64,000 nt of DNA from positions 6,736 to 70,735 of the IMG/VR virus record IMGVR_UViG_2585427684_000001. One strand, written 5' to 3'. Positions 38,391-47,161 of the stretch are shown here, one piece after another. Source of the DNA: a virus (lineage: Duplodnaviria > Caudoviricetes). The notes below the pieces were generated by a model, which saw only the letters and a list, made by a program, of their open reading frames with translations, made no database searches and was not told the origin of the DNA. Position numbers and translations under genes: made by a program. Position 1 is the stretch's first letter; the number at the start of each line of letters is the position of its first letter.

Positions 38391-38588
38391 TCAAGAAAGC
38401 GAGTCGAGCAGCTTGTTGAGGATGCCTTCCTGATACTGCCGGTTGTAGCAGCCCGGTTGATTCGGAGGAGTGTCATCGCACGCAATCTCATGCTTGTTGG
38501 TCGTGCTCCCATAAGTGCTGTTGGAAAAGTGGGAGCAACCAGTAAGCAGGTAGCTGAATAGCGCTAGTGCAAAAAATCCATTTTTCAT
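38391..38588 (-). CDS. Small lipoprotein (family B, copy 2)
   Basis: Lipobox LTGC; CDDTPPNQPGCY; real start MKNGFF inside a longer track ORF. Confidence 0.8.
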   Translation of the reverse strand: MKNGFFALALFSYLLTGCSHFSNSTYGSTTNKHEIACDDTPPNQPGCYNRQYQEGILNKLLDSLS

Positions 38589-38690
38589 ACCCAGTCTCGC
38601 GTAACGGATGATGCAGATTGGACGTTCGTGCAACAAATAAGGCACATCCGGCCCGCCCAGCGCGGGCTTTTTTTCGTCCGGAGAAAACCT

Positions 38691-39137
38691 ATGACCACAC
38701 CACGCGGTGTCCGCAATAACAACCCAGGGAACATCGATTACAACCCGCGAAACGCCTGGCAGGGGCAGTTGGGCCTGGAGGTAGGCCTGGCCAAGCCGCG
38801 CTTCGCCCGCTTCGACCATCCAGAGAACGGCATCCGCGCCCTGGGCAAGCTGCTGCTCAACTACCGGGGCAAGGATGGGATGCCCGGCGTTGGCCGTCCT
38901 GGCATCGACACCCCGCTGGAGTTCATCAACCGCTGGGCGCCGGCGAGCGAGAACGACACCAATGCCTACGCCCAGGCCATCGCAAAGCGTCTGGGCGTCG
39001 GTGTGCGCGACTCGATCGACATCTCTAAGCCGCAGATCCTGCGCGAACTGGTGGTCGGCATCATCGTGCACGAGAACGGCACCAACCCGTATCCGTCGAC
39101 GCTGATCGATGAGGGCATCAGGCGGGTCCTGACGTGA
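38691..39137 (+). CDS. Putative endolysin
   Basis: RGVRNNNPGNI..RWAPASENDT..HENG; directly upstream of the spanins. Confidence 0.75.
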   Translation: MTTPRGVRNNNPGNIDYNPRNAWQGQLGLEVGLAKPRFARFDHPENGIRALGKLLLNYRGKDGMPGVGRPGIDTPLEFINRWAPASENDTNAYAQAIAKRLGVGVRDSIDISKPQILRELVVGIIVHENGTNPYPSTLIDEGIRRVLT

Positions 39138-39640
39138 GCCCCTGGGTCGGTTTAGCAGCTGGGTTGGTGCTGGTGGCCAGCCACTGGGGCGCCTACGAAC
39201 ACGGCCGAAGCGTCGAGCAGGCGAAGGCCGACCAGGCCTCGGCCCAGCGCGATAGTGGCGACCGTCTTGCGGATGTGATCGGCGAGCGTGGCGCCCGTCA
39301 GCAGGAACATCAACGCGCCCAGGCGCAGGAGGAGGCGAGAGGCCATGGTCATGAGGAAAGATCTATTGCGAGTGCTGGCGCTGCTGGCGCCGATGCTTCT
39401 GGTCAGCGGCTGCGCGACGACGGCGCCAAGTTCGCCGCCGCCGTCAGTTGCCTCGGCACGGATACCGCCGCTGTCGCCCGAGGCCAGGCAGCCAGCCGCG
39501 CCGCCATGGTGCTCTCCGACCTGCTCGCACGGGCTGATGCTCGAGCGGGAGAACTGGCGAAGGCTTATGACCAAGCCCGAATAGCAGGGGAGCAGTGCCA
39601 GCGAGAATACGACGCCCTGTCAGCGACTGGAGAGCGATAG
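39134..39640 (+). CDS. Rz-like i-spanin (DUF2514-like)
   Basis: N-terminal TM, coiled coil, AGEQCQREYD. Confidence 0.85.
   Translation: MSPWVGLAAGLVLVASHWGAYEHGRSVEQAKADQASAQRDSGDRLADVIGERGARQQEHQRAQAQEEARGHGHEERSIASAGAAGADASGQRLRDDGAKFAAAVSCLGTDTAAVARGQAASRAAMVLSDLLARADARAGELAKAYDQARIAGEQCQREYDALSATGER
39351..39584 (+). CDS. Rz1-like o-spanin embedded in Rz
   Basis: Lipobox VSGC; Pro-rich; CSPTC. Confidence 0.8.
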   Translation: MRKDLLRVLALLAPMLLVSGCATTAPSSPPPSVASARIPPLSPEARQPAAPPWCSPTCSHGLMLERENWRRLMTKPE

Positions 39641-39788
39641 AACCCACCAAGAAATTCGAAGGCTTCATGCAAAGAGAGCGGCCACCGGGGATGCGTCAAC
39701 ATCCCTGCTGACCGCCGGACCCGCAGACCATACCTGCAAGCCCAGCTAAAGCTCCCGCTCTGTGCACAAAGCACGGCGAGCCTAGCAC

Positions 39789-39804
39789 CTGTTCATCCAT
39801 ACAG
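39789..39804. promoter_or_regulatory. LexA (SOS) box
   Basis: CTGTTCATCCATACAG, 14 nt before the methylase start. Confidence 0.8.
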
Positions 39805-39818
39805 TAAAGGTTTGCAAA

Positions 39819-40613
39819 TTGAACAACCCAATCATTCCCTGGATGGGCGGCAAGCGCCGCCTGGCCGATCGCCTTATTCCGCTGTTCCCTGCTCACGAAT
39901 GCTACGTCGAAGTGTTCGCCGGCGGCGCTGCTCTTTACTTCATGCGGCCGCAGCCTGCGCCAGTCGAAGTGCTAAACGACCTGAACGGCGATCTGGTCAA
40001 CCTCTATCGGGTGGTGCAGAACCACCTAGAGGAGTTCGTTCGCCAGTTCAAGTGGGCGCTGTCCTCTCGCCAGATTTTCGAGTGGCAGAAGATGGCCAGG
40101 CCTGAAACCCTCACGGACATCCAGCGCGCCGCCCGATTCTTCTACCTGCAGCAACATGCCTTCGGAGGCAAGGTGAGCGGGCAGACCTTTGGAACGGCCA
40201 CTACCGGACCGGCCATCAATCTGCTGCGCATCGAAGAAAATCTGTCAGCAGCCTGGCAGCGCCTGTCGGGCACCTATGTCGAGAACCTCTCCTGGCTCGA
40301 CTGCGCGCAAAGGTACGACCGGGCGCACACGTTCTTCTACATGGATCCCCCTTACTGGCAGACCGCAGGCTATGGCCTGGACTTTCCATTCGAGCAGTAC
40401 GAGCGCATGGCCGAATTCATGCGGAGTTGCAAGGGCAAGGTGATGGTGAGTATCAATGACCATCCGGACATACGCGAGGCCTTCGCTGGCTTCCATATTG
40501 AAAGAACTGACATTCGCTACATCACGGCCAATCAGCGCAACGGGCAGGCCGACGTAACTGGTGAGCTTATCATCATGAATTGGAAGCCTTCCGAACTGGG
40601 GCAGCTTTTCTGA
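39819..40613 (+). CDS. DNA adenine methylase (D12/Dam class)
   Basis: PWMGGKRR, EVFAGG, NDLNG, DPPY. Confidence 0.95.
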   Translation: MNNPIIPWMGGKRRLADRLIPLFPAHECYVEVFAGGAALYFMRPQPAPVEVLNDLNGDLVNLYRVVQNHLEEFVRQFKWALSSRQIFEWQKMARPETLTDIQRAARFFYLQQHAFGGKVSGQTFGTATTGPAINLLRIEENLSAAWQRLSGTYVENLSWLDCAQRYDRAHTFFYMDPPYWQTAGYGLDFPFEQYERMAEFMRSCKGKVMVSINDHPDIREAFAGFHIERTDIRYITANQRNGQADVTGELIIMNWKPSELGQLF

Positions 40614-41025
40614 TCGATCGCTGACTGGCTCCTCAAAAGGCCCGTCTTCGGTGGTAAGTGCATTGCTTGCAACCTCGATCATCGACAAAGAGCTTGATCT
40701 ACGTCCATTGCAAGTCGACACCTGCAAGGGGTGGGGTGTTCGCAGGCTCTCTTCTACTTGCGGGCTGAGCAGGCCAAGTGGAGCCTGAAGTGCGCATCGC
40801 GCGGTTCGCGGTGTCAGTGCAGGTGCCGTGCCGCGCACCCGACATCTAGGCCAACATGGGCAGCTGCCAATTTAAATAAATAGGATAATGTAGAGATCAA
40901 GGTCCGTGCGCTCTTAGCCGAGCGAAGACAGAGAATTGGATTTGAGAAACAGCTAGCAACTGCTATTTGGTGGTGCACATATACAATCATTTGTATAGCT
41001 CATTGAATAGAGCCCGGCGAGCTCA

Positions 41026-41526
41026 TTAGCTTCGGTTTTTTTCAGCTTCTATTGCCATTTCCATGTAAATCATGAATGCGTCTAGTTGTTTTGATATGCT
41101 GTGGTTGGCAGAGGTATTGGTGCGAAATATATGACTTGCTCTCTTTAGTATTTCTCTGCTATACCCGAGATTCATTTCCTTTTCATAACTGTAGAGCGAG
41201 TCATAAAATTCCTGAGCACTTTTAGAATTAGGCTGTGCAATGGACTCGTAAGCTTTTTGAAAGTACGCGATCGCCTTTTCTGTTCTGTCGCTTTGAGGTA
41301 AAGTCTTTATTTTCAAAATTATATTGCTAAGGGTGATGACTGAGTCATTTGCGAGATCTCGGTTTTGTGCCGCTATTCCTAAAGCATTCTCGTAGTTCGA
41401 TCGAATTTCTCTTTTTTTTTCTCTCCAGCCTCGCCAAGCGTACCCAACAATGCTAAATGCACAGCCAGCAACAAGGCCGTATGTTATGTTTACGATTTCC
41501 GCTACATCTAGTTGAATGCTCATCAT
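41026..41526 (-). CDS. AT-rich hypothetical protein, N-terminal TM plus helical domain
   Basis: 166 aa; ITYGLVAGCAFSIVGYAW; low GC. Confidence 0.75.
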   Translation of the reverse strand: MMSIQLDVAEIVNITYGLVAGCAFSIVGYAWRGWREKKREIRSNYENALGIAAQNRDLANDSVITLSNIILKIKTLPQSDRTEKAIAYFQKAYESIAQPNSKSAQEFYDSLYSYEKEMNLGYSREILKRASHIFRTNTSANHSISKQLDAFMIYMEMAIEAEKNRS

Positions 41527-41753
41527 GGCTTCTCTTGTCAGTCTGGTTGCCTAGTGCAGCTGTTGACAACATCAGTCAGGTGAGTTCCGTTGTCTGAAAA
41601 ATGCGCACTGATATTTAGAGTGCTCCTGCATCGAATCCGCTTCTGCCGCTCTGGGCAAGGCAGTCATCTGCGCTGCGATGATGCTCTCCGACCCGCTCCT
41701 AGGACTGATGCTGGAGCGGGCGGGCTGGTGCTAAAGGGGGCTGACAATCGTAA

Positions 41754-43022
41754 TCAATTGGCGAAAATGTCACCCCAACGAATGTAGAAAAGCAAATACG
41801 GATCTCGAATATCCAGCACCTCACTTTCATTGTCCCATTCGATGATATTGGCGTTTGCAGAGTCATTCGCGATTTTTGCGATATGGCTACAGGCGCCAGT
41901 AATACTTGAGCCGCTCGGGGAGGAACCGTTACACAGAGCTCTCACACCAGCAGTAAGATCATCGTACCGCAACGTAAGTCGAGGGGGATCGTTGGCCAAG
42001 CAACGCATAATCAACGAGTAGACATCACCCTGCTGACCGTCTTTAAGTATGTATCTGATCCTGTCTGAGCCGCGTACTCGTGGACCTTCCAACATTTTTT
42101 CAACAGTAGAGCTGTAGTCCGCTGAAAGCACTGCCCTTCGACATATGTTTTCGAAGGAGTTCGCGGCGAACAGCAGATTAGTTCCAGCAGGCTGTTGCTC
42201 TCGCATGTCATGTTCAAAGCAAGCATTAAGGCACAACTGCTGCATGAGCTGCGGAGACCCTGCTGCTTGCTCAGCAAAACTATTTGAAAGCTGGTCGTCA
42301 TGCTTGATGCCTAAAGCATTGAAACCTAGTTCAGCGATTTTTTTTAGATTTTCTCGGTTCCAGTAGCTGAAATCAATGTTAACTATGCGTCCGCGAAGAT
42401 CTGGATTGCCTCTGACTACATCGTCGGAGTGGTAAGGGACAGATGCCACGATAAAGGTAACGCCTTGGCGGATTGCCTCTTTAATCTGGCGCGCAATTTC
42501 TGTTTGAGTGTTACGAGATATGTAGTGGAAATCGTCAATAAAAATCACGAAGTCCAGCTCTTTTAGGGTGTTGATGAGTATTTGAAGATAATCGGTGGGC
42601 CGATCAAATGTAAGGGTTTCACCTTGCGCATTTTGATGCGATGCTGAGCCTTCTGCCCCAGCTTTTGCGAAGATCAATGAGCCGCTCGCGGAGAGCTTCA
42701 CTGTAAATCCATTTGTTGAATTGGCGGAAGAGCTTCTGGAAGTTGGGATGTCAATCCCAAGTTGGTCGAAGATACGGGTCCATAGAATTCCTATCGAATC
42801 TATGCCAGCTCCAGTGACCTGAATGATCTTCTCTTTGCCCAGGCTTTGCTCAACAAAGACAGTCTTACCTGACTTCGATGGGCCAGAAATCGATATCAAC
42901 ATCGTGCCTGTATCAATCGTATCGTGGAGCACCTGATGCTTGGCTGTCAGGTGATCGTTGACGAAGGTGTAGCTAGGAAAGCCCCCGGGGGTAAAAATGT
43001 CCTTGGCTTTTAACATGTCCAT
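41754..43022 (-). CDS. P-loop ATPase (STAND/AAA+-like), no obvious effector domain
   Basis: GPSKSGKT, IFIDDFH, GRI, GSPQLMQ; low GC. Confidence 0.85.
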   Translation of the reverse strand: MDMLKAKDIFTPGGFPSYTFVNDHLTAKHQVLHDTIDTGTMLISISGPSKSGKTVFVEQSLGKEKIIQVTGAGIDSIGILWTRIFDQLGIDIPTSRSSSANSTNGFTVKLSASGSLIFAKAGAEGSASHQNAQGETLTFDRPTDYLQILINTLKELDFVIFIDDFHYISRNTQTEIARQIKEAIRQGVTFIVASVPYHSDDVVRGNPDLRGRIVNIDFSYWNRENLKKIAELGFNALGIKHDDQLSNSFAEQAAGSPQLMQQLCLNACFEHDMREQQPAGTNLLFAANSFENICRRAVLSADYSSTVEKMLEGPRVRGSDRIRYILKDGQQGDVYSLIMRCLANDPPRLTLRYDDLTAGVRALCNGSSPSGSSITGACSHIAKIANDSANANIIEWDNESEVLDIRDPYLLFYIRWGDIFAN

Positions 43023-43281
43023 CTCGCGATTTGTTTCGGTTAGTGCCCCTCGGCCGATGTGGGTTCGCCTGGGCGAGGAGGGCTGGCTGCAACAGAATCT
43101 CCAATCACGCGGAAGGTAGATTTGGCACCACGTCGGTATCCGAAATGCTTCTCTGACCGCTGACTCTACAAGGTGTCCTGGGAAAGTGTGTGGGTCATAT
43201 ACCCTTCAGCCTAGCAGGTCGAAAACGGATTCTAAACCCGTTGTCTGTCTATAATTCCCTGATCAAATTAGGGTATCCCCG

Positions 43282-43506
43282 ATGGACAAGGATGAATTTG
43301 CCGCTGCCGTTGAGGCAGGCGAACCGCTGATTGAGCAGTCGATGGAAGCTCTCAAACGGTACTGGGAGGCGAGGGACTATGGCGCGCCGGCCGAGGAAGT
43401 AGAGCGGCTGCGGCTCCATTCCGAGTCCTTGGCCCAAGCGGTTTCCGACTATCAGTTTCGCACCGTCTCCAAGCTGATGGGCAACAAACTACCCCCTACG
43501 CACTAG
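43282..43506 (+). CDS. Prophage hypothetical protein
   Basis: 74 aa, helical. Confidence 0.65.
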   Translation: MDKDEFAAAVEAGEPLIEQSMEALKRYWEARDYGAPAEEVERLRLHSESLAQAVSDYQFRTVSKLMGNKLPPTH

Positions 43507-43526
43507 CGCATCCTGCTTATCGGCAG

Positions 43527-43572
43527 TTGCTCGCCCCATTGCAGGCCACTACCATACTGTTCATTCATACAG
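43527..43572 (+). promoter_or_regulatory. Promoter with LexA box
   Basis: TTGCTC-17-TACCAT then CTGTTCATTCATACAG (43557-43572). Confidence 0.8.
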
Positions 43573-43588
43573 TATGGAGGCCCCGCCA

Positions 43589-43954
43589 ATGAACACCACC
43601 CTTGACTTCGAAATCGACGATCTGCCCTTGCTCAGCCTGGACGATCTAATGCAAATCCGTGCGCCCTGGACCTATCTGGTCAAGATCGAGGGCGAAAGCA
43701 TGCAGGGTATTGGGATGTACTCCGGCGACCTGCTGGTCGTTGATCGAAGCATCGAGGCCAAGCACGGCGACATCGTGATTGCGGCGGTGAACGGTGAGCC
43801 GACCTGCAAGCGCATGTGCCGTGAGCACGGTGTGCTGGTCCTGCGATCGGAGAACCCCAAGTACCCGTCTCGGTACATCATGGAGGGGGATACGTTCGAG
43901 GTGTGGGGTGTGGTCCGGTTTAGCGTCCGGGATCACGATCATGGAGCGAGGTAG
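43589..43954 (+). CDS. umuD: UmuD/RulA-like S24 peptidase lacking the N-terminal cleavage arm
   Basis: GESM, GDLLVVDRS, TCKR, VWGVV; RBS GGAGG. Confidence 0.8.
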   Translation: MNTTLDFEIDDLPLLSLDDLMQIRAPWTYLVKIEGESMQGIGMYSGDLLVVDRSIEAKHGDIVIAAVNGEPTCKRMCREHGVLVLRSENPKYPSRYIMEGDTFEVWGVVRFSVRDHDHGAR

Positions 43955-43990
43955 GAAGATTCGGCAGAACGCCGGAGGAGGGTGGCCACG

Positions 43991-44066
43991 CTGTCTAATA
44001 CTGCCGTGAGGCGCCGCGCTTTTACTAGGCGAAACGCGCTAAAAATGGGGATAGGGTATTAGACAG
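43991..44066. repeat. 11-bp inverted repeat near the prophage right end
   Basis: CTGTCTAATAC (43991-44001) / GTATTAGACAG (44056-44066). Confidence 0.7.
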
Positions 44067-44155
44067 ACATGGCTTGGAGGCCGCAGATTGTGCGGCTTAA
44101 GGCGGGCATGTTCCGCTACTGCTGCAGTACTAGAAGCTAATTCAGGTCCATGAGT

Positions 44156-44599
44156 TCAAGGATTGTCAACTGCTGGGGCCGGCGACTGGATGCGCTCAAG
44201 GACGCCCTCAATTTGAGCCAATTCTGGGTGACCTTTGAAAACAAATTTCCTTTTGCTGACGCGCCGCCCCGAGCCGCCGGCGCCAATGCTGAAGGCCTCA
44301 CCTTCGGCGCTCACGCCAACATGGCCTTTACCGGCGTATTCGAAGTACTCAGTCATCTCCACCTCGTAAGCCGTCTCGATGCGCCTTGCGATAGCCAACT
44401 CTTGGGCAACCCTGGCTTCGGCTTCTGACATCCGCATTTCCAGCTCGCGCCGCTCAGTCTCCACCCTGAGTTCATCGAGTCCTGCCGGTTCCGGTCTCTC
44501 CTTCACGGACTCTTCGAACGCATCGACCAAGTAGGAGGTCGGGCTGTTCATGAATTTCAGACCCTCGATAAAACCCTTTTTGACTACATCAATAGCCAT
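44156..44599 (-). CDS. Hypothetical protein (coiled coil plus Gly-rich beta region)
   Basis: 147 aa; RBS AGGAG. Confidence 0.75.
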   Translation of the reverse strand: MAIDVVKKGFIEGLKFMNSPTSYLVDAFEESVKERPEPAGLDELRVETERRELEMRMSEAEARVAQELAIARRIETAYEVEMTEYFEYAGKGHVGVSAEGEAFSIGAGGSGRRVSKRKFVFKGHPELAQIEGVLERIQSPAPAVDNP

Positions 44600-44968
44600 T
44601 TGATATCTCCTGAATGAGCGGTAACGCTATAGCGACTTCAGCGCGGTGTCTAGTGGCGTTCGGTCGCGCCCAAAATCGATTCCAAACTGAAAGGTCCACC
44701 CCTGCTGTATGCGGTCTGTAGCCAAGCTGTTTCGTATTTGTTTTGGAATCTATTTTCGCCGCCGGCACCACTTGTGGCTGGAGCTTATGCCACAGTCTTT
44801 AAACTCGTTAAGCCAAACCGATGCGTTTGGTCATCCTCTGGTAGGCGACTTGAGTTCTGCCTCTTGCGAAATGCTGCTTTCGACCTCATAGCTGCCCTTC
44901 ATGAAGGGCAGGCAACGAAAGGAAACGGTATCGAGCGCCAGGCTATAGCGTCCACGTTAACCCAACAG

Positions 44969-45589
44969 TTATGCATTCTTTGCCAAATTTTGAATTGTTG
45001 GATTTGAAATCGCATGTCGTACAGCAGACCAAAATATTTCTGGACTAAATGGCGTTCGATCATAAGGATATGTATCATCTCCATTTCCGCCTAATACAAG
45101 TGGGGCTTCGCATGACGATTCACTGAGGGCCACAAAGGTTACGGCAGATTCAGAGAGCTTTACCACGCTCTGATGAAAAACTCCGCGCTCAACAAAATAT
45201 TGCTCGCCTGCGATACGCATTTTCGAGGTGTGTTTCGATATTCTGGTTTTCATGTCTGTTCTTGTAATTTCAGAGTCGCCGTTGAAATATGTTACTTTAT
45301 ATATGGAGAAGTCTTTTCCGTCGATTAGCTCGCACTGGATGTCCTCAATATTTCCGTGTAGAACAAGGCTAGATAAAGCGTATGAGTGTGTGTGCACGGG
45401 CCAGTCCGGGTTTTTGGTGCGCCGTTCATTCGGTGGCCAGTAATGCACGCGTAATGTGACACTGCCGGGATTGTCTCGTATCACACAGGAGACAAATCCG
45501 AGTGGGTGCCAAAAAGGTTGAATGCTAGCCGCAAGCGTATCTATATTTTGTAGGAGAAAATTTATATTATCGAGGGCATTAGTTTTCAT
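44969..45589 (-). CDS. Cupin-fold protein (HxH...H, thiol-dioxygenase-like)
   Basis: WHPLGF, LRVHYW, VHTHS..VLHG, GEQY..GVFHQS. Confidence 0.75.
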   Translation of the reverse strand: MKTNALDNINFLLQNIDTLAASIQPFWHPLGFVSCVIRDNPGSVTLRVHYWPPNERRTKNPDWPVHTHSYALSSLVLHGNIEDIQCELIDGKDFSIYKVTYFNGDSEITRTDMKTRISKHTSKMRIAGEQYFVERGVFHQSVVKLSESAVTFVALSESSCEAPLVLGGNGDDTYPYDRTPFSPEIFWSAVRHAISNPTIQNLAKNA

Positions 45590-46466
45590 AAGGATTTTTC
45601 GATGTCTTACATGCTGTGGCGATTACCTGAGCGGTTACTTGCTTGCAAATGTCCCCTAGTCCAGCTGTTGCTAACACACTCTCTACATCATTTAAATCAA
45701 TCTCGGCGAGCTGAATTCCATGCCGCATACCACCCAGATTAATCTTTCTGGCTTGATCACGCGCTGTTTGCATTTGGAGATTGAAGTGATTCGCCGTAAA
45801 ATGCTTCTGGGTAATCATTAAAGCAGGGCTTCGGCGATCCTCTACGGTTAAAATCATCGCTTCGTCGCTGCCGTCAATGCGGATGGGGTCGAATTTCCTA
45901 GAAAGGAATATGTTTATATCCATTCCTTTGTTTCTTACGTACCACGCCGCGATAACAATGGTCACCATCACCTCAAGTGAAACAGTCGCAGAGTCGTACT
46001 TCTTGCCTTTGTCAATAGCATTGATATTTCCCCTATATTCTGCGTGCCTTGCACAAAGCTCTTGATTGGCCGGGTCAATTAGGCAAACAAGGACCTGAAC
46101 ATTGGTTTTAGATGCCAGTGCGGGCAGTACTTTTCCTCTAAGGTAGCGGCCAAAGTTCCCTTGATATCTCCAGCGGGTAGCGGAATCTAACAGTTTCTCA
46201 AACTCGGCTGTAATCTCTTGTGCGGGAATTTCGATTATCTCTCCTTTTTCCTTGCTTGGGACGAAAGGGACTATTATCAATAGTCCAAATAGCGCGGTTA
46301 TAAGGGCTGAGGCAATCGACTTTACTTGATCAAGAATTACATCACTAAATGGCTGTCCAAGTTGGTAGTGTGCGATAAATAATGATATCAAATATATAGA
46401 AACCAGGAGTGCGACAAAAGTTTTTTTGTGATGCCGCGGTAGGTTGAGTATTTTATCTGCGTCCAT
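45579..46466 (-). CDS. 2TM membrane protein with PLD-like/DUF5919-like cytosolic domain
   Basis: Two N-terminal TM helices; WRYQGNFGRYLR..VLVCLIDP..INIF..DEAMILT; 11-nt overlap with the cupin gene. Confidence 0.7.
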   Translation of the reverse strand: MDADKILNLPRHHKKTFVALLVSIYLISLFIAHYQLGQPFSDVILDQVKSIASALITALFGLLIIVPFVPSKEKGEIIEIPAQEITAEFEKLLDSATRWRYQGNFGRYLRGKVLPALASKTNVQVLVCLIDPANQELCARHAEYRGNINAIDKGKKYDSATVSLEVMVTIVIAAWYVRNKGMDINIFLSRKFDPIRIDGSDEAMILTVEDRRSPALMITQKHFTANHFNLQMQTARDQARKINLGGMRHGIQLAEIDLNDVESVLATAGLGDICKQVTAQVIATACKTSKNPYEN

Positions 46467-47161
46467 TCTTCTTTTACTATGTGGTTGTTTGGGTCGTATG
46501 GTGATTAGTCTATGAAGCAGGTCAAAGCAGCTCTGAAAGGATTGTTGGCCTAATTGAGTCAGCTCAAATGGCTTTCATTCCAGGCAGTGTCTTCCTTATA
46601 CGCTGTTTCTCATCTTCTTTTGCAATAACTATATGCCGATTGGCTTTAAATCGCCCAGTTTTTTGCATAACCTCCTGTCGCTGGGGCCAGCATGCAGCCG
46701 TGTATAGCGCTATTTGCGCAAATCTGTCTGGCAGCATGCTGGGCCGATTGCACATTAGCCCCGAGTGGCGGAGCTAGACAAGGGGGGGGGAGAGCAATAA
46801 CTGGAACGGATTGCCTGCAGTCGGGGCTAAAAGTTCATTCCAGCTATCATAGATTCGCTTGAATGACTGTTTCTGACCATTACCTGCCTGTCGCGAGCGG
46901 CAGCTTTGGGTTGGTAGCAAGACATTGAATCTGGCGGTGCATGCCCCTGGAACGACGGATGGTATACCGGATCGGCATAATGGATAGATCAAAGCCCTCG
47001 AACCAATTCGCGAACCAACACATGCGTTTTGGTGGGGGATTGAGGGGAGCTTGGCCCAGCAAAATCTACACATCCCCACCCGCTAAACCCCATGGCATAG
47101 CGCATGGTGATGTTTGCTGTGGAGATCAAGTGCTTGTCCTGCGGGGGTTCCAGAGGTGTAT

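Larger units (their letters stand above)
1..44070. mobile_element. Lambdoid/HK97-type temperate prophage; left end and integrase outside window, right end approximate
   Basis: Canonical order: early arm, cI/cro, O/DnaC, nin, Q, holins, terminase, portal, protease, capsid, tail, lysis, methylase, umuD-like. No att core identified. Confidence 0.93.

Noticed and set aside
13234-39640. Holins separated from endolysin and spanins by 25 kb as a novelty
   Set aside because: A split lysis cassette is a common layout in Pseudomonas lambdoid prophages
46564-46668. 34-aa ORF with AGGAGG upstream of the 2TM gene
   Set aside because: Shine-Dalgarno is only 2 nt from the ATG and no motif is present; unsupported as part of the module
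47040-47160. Sequence beyond the integrase fragment as an att core
   Set aside because: No matching second copy in the window and the target gene could not be recognised
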